DNA from: Spirulina sp.
GTDB lineage: Bacteria > Cyanobacteriota > Cyanobacteriia > Phormidesmidales > Phormidesmidaceae
Direction: 5' to 3'
Assembly (NCBI GenBank): GCA_044070495.1
Contig: JBIPSI010000003.1
Coordinates: forward strand, 1-64,000
Length of the DNA stretch: 64,000 bases
Under the pieces are notes generated by a model. That model was not told where the DNA came from and did no database searches. It saw only the letters and a list, made by a program, of their open reading frames with translations. Position 1 is the first letter of the stretch. The number at the start of each line of letters is the position of its first letter. Shown piece by piece: positions 59,598-64,000 of the stretch. The translations under genes and the position numbers were made by a program.

Positions 59598-59791
59598 GTG
59601 TGACCTCTCTTGCGTGAGTCGCGCCAACGACGGTTGAAGTCTCGCCGCTTGGCGTCGTTGTACTTTTTGAAAGCTGCTCTGGATGCGGCCAGGGCTTGGG
59701 TTAGCCGCCTTGGTTCACCCGCCGCTATCGCAAACTGATATTCACGTTCACTGTCTAGGTATGCTTGCTTTAGCCGCTCTAGGCTGTCCAT
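59591..59791 (-). CDS. Small hypothetical protein
   Basis: Overlaps the DUF488 start. Confidence 0.5.
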   Translation of the reverse strand: MDSLERLKQAYLDSEREYQFAIAAGEPRRLTQALAASRAAFKKYNDAKRRDFNRRWRDSRKRGHTC

Positions 59792-59986
59792 GAGGCTGAT
59801 TTGGAACTATATCTAATTCTAACACGAAATACCCTTAAGTGCTTGCTGTGCAAGGGTTTCAGGGATTAGTATTGCGCTTTAGGGATTTAGTGTATCCTGT
59901 ATGAAGATATGCGGCGACTCTGAGAGGGCACCTGCGACCTGTAGGTGTTGGGGCTCATCACCCCTAGCCGCTCCAAGCTTTTGGTT

Positions 59987-61345
59987 ATGCCGTTTTTTGG
60001 AACAGTCCCCGGCAAGTGCGTTGAGCAGGTTATTGGCGTCGTCCCCTTCAAGGAATGGCCTGCAATTTATGTTTGCTGCTCTGGGACATTTCGCATTGAG
60101 CAAGCCCTAACCCAGGCGCTTGGCTCTGGTGCGCCCATCTATAGCAATGACGTGAGCTTATACAGTTCGGTGCTGGGCGCTTGGCTGACAGATCGCCCCT
60201 TTGCCCTTACCTTCCAGGACGAGTTGGCCTTTGTCCAGGAGCGATTTAACGAAGACTTTTGTGCAGGGGTTGCCTCGGTGCTGGTGGCCCATGAGATGAG
60301 CCGTTTCGTGCGGAACAATGACTACAGTCGCCAGATGTTTGGCTACTATGTCGAACACTTCGAGATGTTCCACGAAAAGGCGATCACCAAGCTCGGCCAC
60401 CTCAAGGAAACCGTCAGCATTCGCGACTACCGGGCGAGGGACTGGCGGGAGCATGTCGATGAAGCGATTGCCCAGGGTGCAGGCATTGCCGCGTTCCCGC
60501 CCTTCATCATGGGCGATTACGAAAAGCAGTACGCCTTTCTAGATCGATGCGTCACCTGGCCAGCCCCCGCCTACGCACTATACGACCCATCCCAACTAGA
60601 CAGCATCCTCGACAAAATCGAATCCTCTGGAGTGCCCTACTGTGTGCTCTCCGATCAAACCTGGCCGGAGAAGCGACAACCCATGCTGCACTACGTTCAG
60701 GGGCGAAAGAAGCCTCACTTCTGCTACGCCAATAGCAATCGCAGCAGTGTTCGGCATTTGACCTCTGTCAATCAACCGTTCAAGTACGAGCCCGTGGATG
60801 TTTGGGCGTTGCGCCCTACCTCGGTTGTAGAGGTAGCCCAGGCTCCCGGTGATGCCCTCAACTACTTCAAGGACATCTACCTGGCCAAAAACATCATCCA
60901 CACAGGTGGCCTGCGGGGCTACTTCGTGTTGATAGATGGCAAGTACGCTGGCGGCATCATCTATGCAGACTGCCAGCGCAGCACGGGCAAGGTCAACTCC
61001 CGCCAAGCGCTCTATGTACTCTCTGACCTATCGGTAACGGGAGATCGCCGACTCTCGAAACTGATTGCGATGTTAGCCACCAGTCGGGACGTGGTGCGTC
61101 CCTTGGCCGTGCGACTCATGAAGCGCGTGGACTGGGTAGTGACGACAGCTCGCTCGAAGGGGCCAGTCTCCATGAAGTATCGCGACATCTACGAGCTGGT
61201 CACTCGAAGCTACAGCGAGGAAGAGGAGCGCTACATCCTGAACTATGCCGCTCCGGTTGTCGCGAAGTCCCCCCAGCAGATCTACAAGCAGTGGTTCAAA
61301 AAATATGCCAGCAAAGCAACCCGACCCAATGATGCCCACCCCTGA
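59987..61345 (+). CDS. Putative antirestriction DNA-modification protein: adenine MTase-like N-terminus plus GNAT/Mom-like C-terminus
   Basis: YVCCSG (motif I-like), YSNDVS, FPPF (motif IV-like); C-terminal LSDL...RLSKLI...TTA...PVSMKYR. Confidence 0.6.
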   Translation: MPFFGTVPGKCVEQVIGVVPFKEWPAIYVCCSGTFRIEQALTQALGSGAPIYSNDVSLYSSVLGAWLTDRPFALTFQDELAFVQERFNEDFCAGVASVLVAHEMSRFVRNNDYSRQMFGYYVEHFEMFHEKAITKLGHLKETVSIRDYRARDWREHVDEAIAQGAGIAAFPPFIMGDYEKQYAFLDRCVTWPAPAYALYDPSQLDSILDKIESSGVPYCVLSDQTWPEKRQPMLHYVQGRKKPHFCYANSNRSSVRHLTSVNQPFKYEPVDVWALRPTSVVEVAQAPGDALNYFKDIYLAKNIIHTGGLRGYFVLIDGKYAGGIIYADCQRSTGKVNSRQALYVLSDLSVTGDRRLSKLIAMLATSRDVVRPLAVRLMKRVDWVVTTARSKGPVSMKYRDIYELVTRSYSEEEERYILNYAAPVVAKSPQQIYKQWFKKYASKATRPNDAHP

Positions 61346-62084
61346 TGGGCCAATCGAAACCCAACAGTACAACATCGACCCTCGCCAGCTTATTCGGCTG
61401 GCCACCCACGACAATGCTCGATACATGACGGCGGAGCAGATGGGGCAACTGACCGCTAACCTACGGCGGGATGGTTCTTTAACCTCTGCCGTTCTGGTTT
61501 ACAAGATGAACCCCGCCCAGGATGAGTTGACTGTTCTCTCTGGCAACCACCGGGCTGAGGCGGCGATTGCGGCTGAACTAGACACAATTCCTGTCATTGA
61601 GATTACGACCCGGCTCTCCCCGGCACGGCTGCGGGCCATCCAGCTCAGCCACAACGCCATCACGGGCCAGGACGACCTGAACATCTTACTCAAGCTTTAT
61701 GAGGAACTGCCCCTCGAAGAAAAGCTGTACTCCGGGCTTACGGACGATGACTTTGAGGCGCTGCAACCGCTGGACCTGAGCGGATTATCGGTGGGTCAGC
61801 CGGAATACCAGTCCGTCGAGCTTCTCTTCTTTCCCTCGGAACAGGAGGCTTTTTCACAACTCCTGCAATCGCTGAAGCTAAACGAGCGGGTCAAAGACAG
61901 GTTTTGGCTGGCCGACCTACGCGACTTCGATGCGGTCTTTGATGCTGTGGTGGGCACCAAGGAAACCAAAAACATTCACAATACGGCGCTGGCGTTTCGG
62001 GCCATGGCGCAACTGGCCCTAGAGCGGCTGGAACAACTCACAGCGGAGGCTGACCATGCCCAGGCAACGGATCGAAATCACTGA
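61305..62084 (+). CDS. ParB/Srx-like N-terminal domain protein
   Basis: NARYM...L..N...DG, VLSGNHR and QLSHNAI.G.DD motifs. Confidence 0.75.
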   Translation: MPAKQPDPMMPTPDGPIETQQYNIDPRQLIRLATHDNARYMTAEQMGQLTANLRRDGSLTSAVLVYKMNPAQDELTVLSGNHRAEAAIAAELDTIPVIEITTRLSPARLRAIQLSHNAITGQDDLNILLKLYEELPLEEKLYSGLTDDDFEALQPLDLSGLSVGQPEYQSVELLFFPSEQEAFSQLLQSLKLNERVKDRFWLADLRDFDAVFDAVVGTKETKNIHNTALAFRAMAQLALERLEQLTAEADHAQATDRNH

Positions 62085-62502
62085 GCGGGACAAACAACAG
62101 ATCGAGGTGATGGCCGGACTGGGGATGACCGTTGAGCAGATTGCCCAGGTGCTTGGTATCTCACCCAGGACGTTTAACCGATGGTGCGAGTCGCCCGACG
62201 TTTTGGCGCACTATAAAAAAGGCCAAGACTCGGCTCAGGTCACCATCGCCAAGTCGCTCTTTGAAAAGGCGAAGGGCGGCGATACGACCGCTATCATTTG
62301 GTACGAAAAGACCAGGGCCGGACGGCGCGAAACGACCCAGGTCGAGGTTGTGGATGAGCGGGTCAAGGAAGAATTACGCGATTTCCTGGCCTACCTGCGA
62401 TCACATCTACCCCCTGACCAATTCACGGCCTTGATCGATGGCTACCAGCAGCAGTCTACTCAGCGAGGTGCTAAGCGAGTTCCGTCAGGACGAGGCGGAT
62501 AA
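62056..62502 (+). CDS. Putative terminase small subunit
   Basis: HTH (IAQVLGISPRTF) and LFEKA.GGDTTAIIWY.K motif; directly upstream of the large subunit. Confidence 0.75.
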   Translation: MPRQRIEITERDKQQIEVMAGLGMTVEQIAQVLGISPRTFNRWCESPDVLAHYKKGQDSAQVTIAKSLFEKAKGGDTTAIIWYEKTRAGRRETTQVEVVDERVKEELRDFLAYLRSHLPPDQFTALIDGYQQQSTQRGAKRVPSGRGG

Positions 62503-64000
62503 CGGCGATGCGCGGCTCTGGCAAATGCGATCCCAGTTCGTGACCGATGCGTACCAAACGGGTGGGGCAGGCTTCGTGGCGACGGCGAAGCGATACGGAC
62601 GTACTGACCGGGGGCAGGAACTAGACTGGCCGCTCTGGTTTGAGCAACTCCTGCTAGCCATTGGCGACTTCAGGCTTCAGCACACCCTAACGACTGGCCC
62701 TAGCCAGTGCGGCAAGACCCTGGGCCATAACTTGCTCAATGCCTACTGTTTAGCGGAGGGACGGCTAAACACATTCACGGTCTATGACCTGGAGCGCACC
62801 CTGTACCGGAACGTTCCCCTACAGTTCAAGCCAACCTTGGCGCGGTGGTTGGCAGCAGCGGGCCTCTCCGCCAAGACCTCAGAACGACGGGACTCCGGTG
62901 ATCGCACGGGGCTAGCCTCTGGCCGTAGCCAGAACAATACCCTGATTCAGGTGAACGATGGCAGCGCCATGTTCGGGTTTGCCAGTACCTCGGCGGAGGC
63001 CAGGGGCGATCGCACGGCAGCGGCGGGGTCTTCGGTCATCTCTCTGACGGCTGACATTCTGTTTATGGATGAGCGTTCTAAGTTTGCCCCCGGCTCGGCT
63101 GGCCCCCTGGTGCGTCGTTTGGATGCCAGCATTTTGCCGACCCGCCCGATTCGGGAACTGGGTACCCCTGGCGGGGGCAATGGCATCGAGGCTGTCATCC
63201 GCACCGCCGACTATCACTTCTACCCGCATTACCGCTGCCCGTCCTGCGCTGCGGTCGCAGCCCTTGACCCTAAGGGTTGTTTACTCAAACCCTTCGAGAC
63301 AACTGACCCGGCGGGCAACCCGGTGATCCGCTACCTGAGCGAGGCTGGCCGCCCTATCGCCAAAACCCTCCCCGATGGACGAATGGAGGCCTACTGGCAT
63401 CACCATGATCCCTACAACGCCATCGCGACGGCCTACATTGGCTGCTCAGCCTGCGGGGCGGAACTGGGGGCAGAGGTGAGAGCCTCTGCCTGGTTCCAAT
63501 GCCTGAAGACTGGGGTGCGATTGGTGGACTTTCTGGACGGGCTACCCACCCAATCGCCCTGGCCAAACTATCGAGTCGCTTTTCACCTAACGCCCCTGAC
63601 CCGCAATCGCGAAACCAATGAGGCAGAACGCCTGATCCGAGACGGCATCGACACGGCTAACCCAACCGACTGGCAGCAGCAGGGGCTAGGCCACCAAAGC
63701 GAAGAATCGGCCAACTCGGTGCCCCTAGAGTCAATTCGCGCCGCCATCAATGGCCCCCGCCCGAACGGTGAACCAGACTTTGTATTGGCTGGGGTTGACC
63801 AGGGCCGGGGTGAGGATTGGCTGTGGGTCTGTGCCTATCATCTCCCCATGGGTTGGCAGACCATGAAGACTGAGCTGGTTATTCAGCAGACATTGCGTCA
63901 CGTCCTCTTTGGTGGCGACATCATGCGTTCTGAACTGGGGGATCGCCTGGAGCTATTGGGGGTCAGCTTCGGGTTAATCGACAACGAACCCGACCGTAGC
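62438..64000 (+). CDS. Terminase large subunit, GpA-like (partial; runs off the window, not in the ORF track)
   Basis: 5' part translated by hand: Walker A GPSQCGKT, Walker B ILFMDE, LGTP, YRCPSC zinc motif; IAGVDQG nuclease-like motif later in the same frame. Confidence 0.85.
   Translation, partial: MATSSSLLSEVLSEFRQDEADNGDARLWQMRSQFVTDAYQTGGAGFVATAKRYGRTDRGQELDWPLWFEQLLLAIGDFRLQHTLTTGPSQCGKTLGHNLLNAYCLAEGRLNTFTVYDLERTLYRNVPLQFKPTLARWLAAAGLSAKTSERRDSGDRTGLASGRSQNNTLIQVNDGSAMFGFASTSAEARGDRTAAAGSSVISLTADILFMDERSKFAPGSAGPLVRRLDASILPTRPIRELGTPGGGNGIEAVIRTADYHFYPHYRCPSCAAVAALDPKGCLLKPFETTDPAGNPVIRYLSEAGRPIAKTLPDGRMEAYWHHHDPYNAIATAYIGCSACGAELGAEVRASAWFQCLKTGVRLVDFLDGLPTQSPWPNYRVAFHLTPLTRNRETNEAERLIRDGIDTANPTDWQQQGLGHQSEESANSVPLESIRAAINGPRPNGEPDFVLAGVDQGRGEDWLWVCAYHLPMGWQTMKTELVIQQTLRHVLFGGDIMRSELGDRLELLGVSFGLIDNEPDRS

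Larger units (their letters stand above)
39625..64000. mobile_element. Prophage integrated at tRNA-Arg (right end outside the window)
   Basis: tRNA followed by integrase, Xis-like, replication, repressor, DNA-modification and terminase genes. Confidence 0.92.

Noticed and set aside
39625..64000. ICE, retron or diversity-generating retroelement
   Set aside because: No relaxase, T4SS or reverse transcriptase motifs were seen in the window; the terminase genes indicate a prophage.

Overview
Cyanobacterial chromosome window (psaK, crtB and cyanobacterial palindromic repeats; the genus cannot be fixed from the sequence). Bases 1 to ~39.5 kb are mostly ordinary host genes: a NitT/TauT-type ABC transporter, glgP, an HEPN/MNT toxin-antitoxin pair, crtB, glyA, trpF, psaK, pyk, a large GGDEF/EAL sensor, two DUF697 GTPase-like genes, a CHAT-TM-SH3b protein, a cation/H+ antiporter, TrkA-like and uraD genes, plus MITE-like repeats. 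A prophage is integrated at tRNA-Arg(UCU) (39552-39624) and runs off the right edge. It carries a tyrosine integrase, an Xis-like gene, a replication gene with internal iterons, a divergent repressor/Cro-like switch, several DNA-modification genes and small plus GpA-like large terminase subunits. The most striking feature is on the prophage minus strand. Three operons each begin with the same ~120-bp terminator-plus-promoter module. Their genes (ParB, RadC/JAB, DUF3560, LPD29-methyltransferase, small ORFs) are separated by seven copies of a ~66-70-nt intergenic element. The element folds as a tRNA top half (acceptor-like stem plus a canonical T-loop, with no D or anticodon arm) and is followed by (GTTCA)n and a GAGGTCAC ribosome-binding motif. 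Stem substitutions form G-U pairs only on the coding strand, and one copy has its loop inverted. This is a candidate tRNA-mimic mRNA punctuation or gene-cassette system. All family assignments come from motif recognition by eye, not from database searches.
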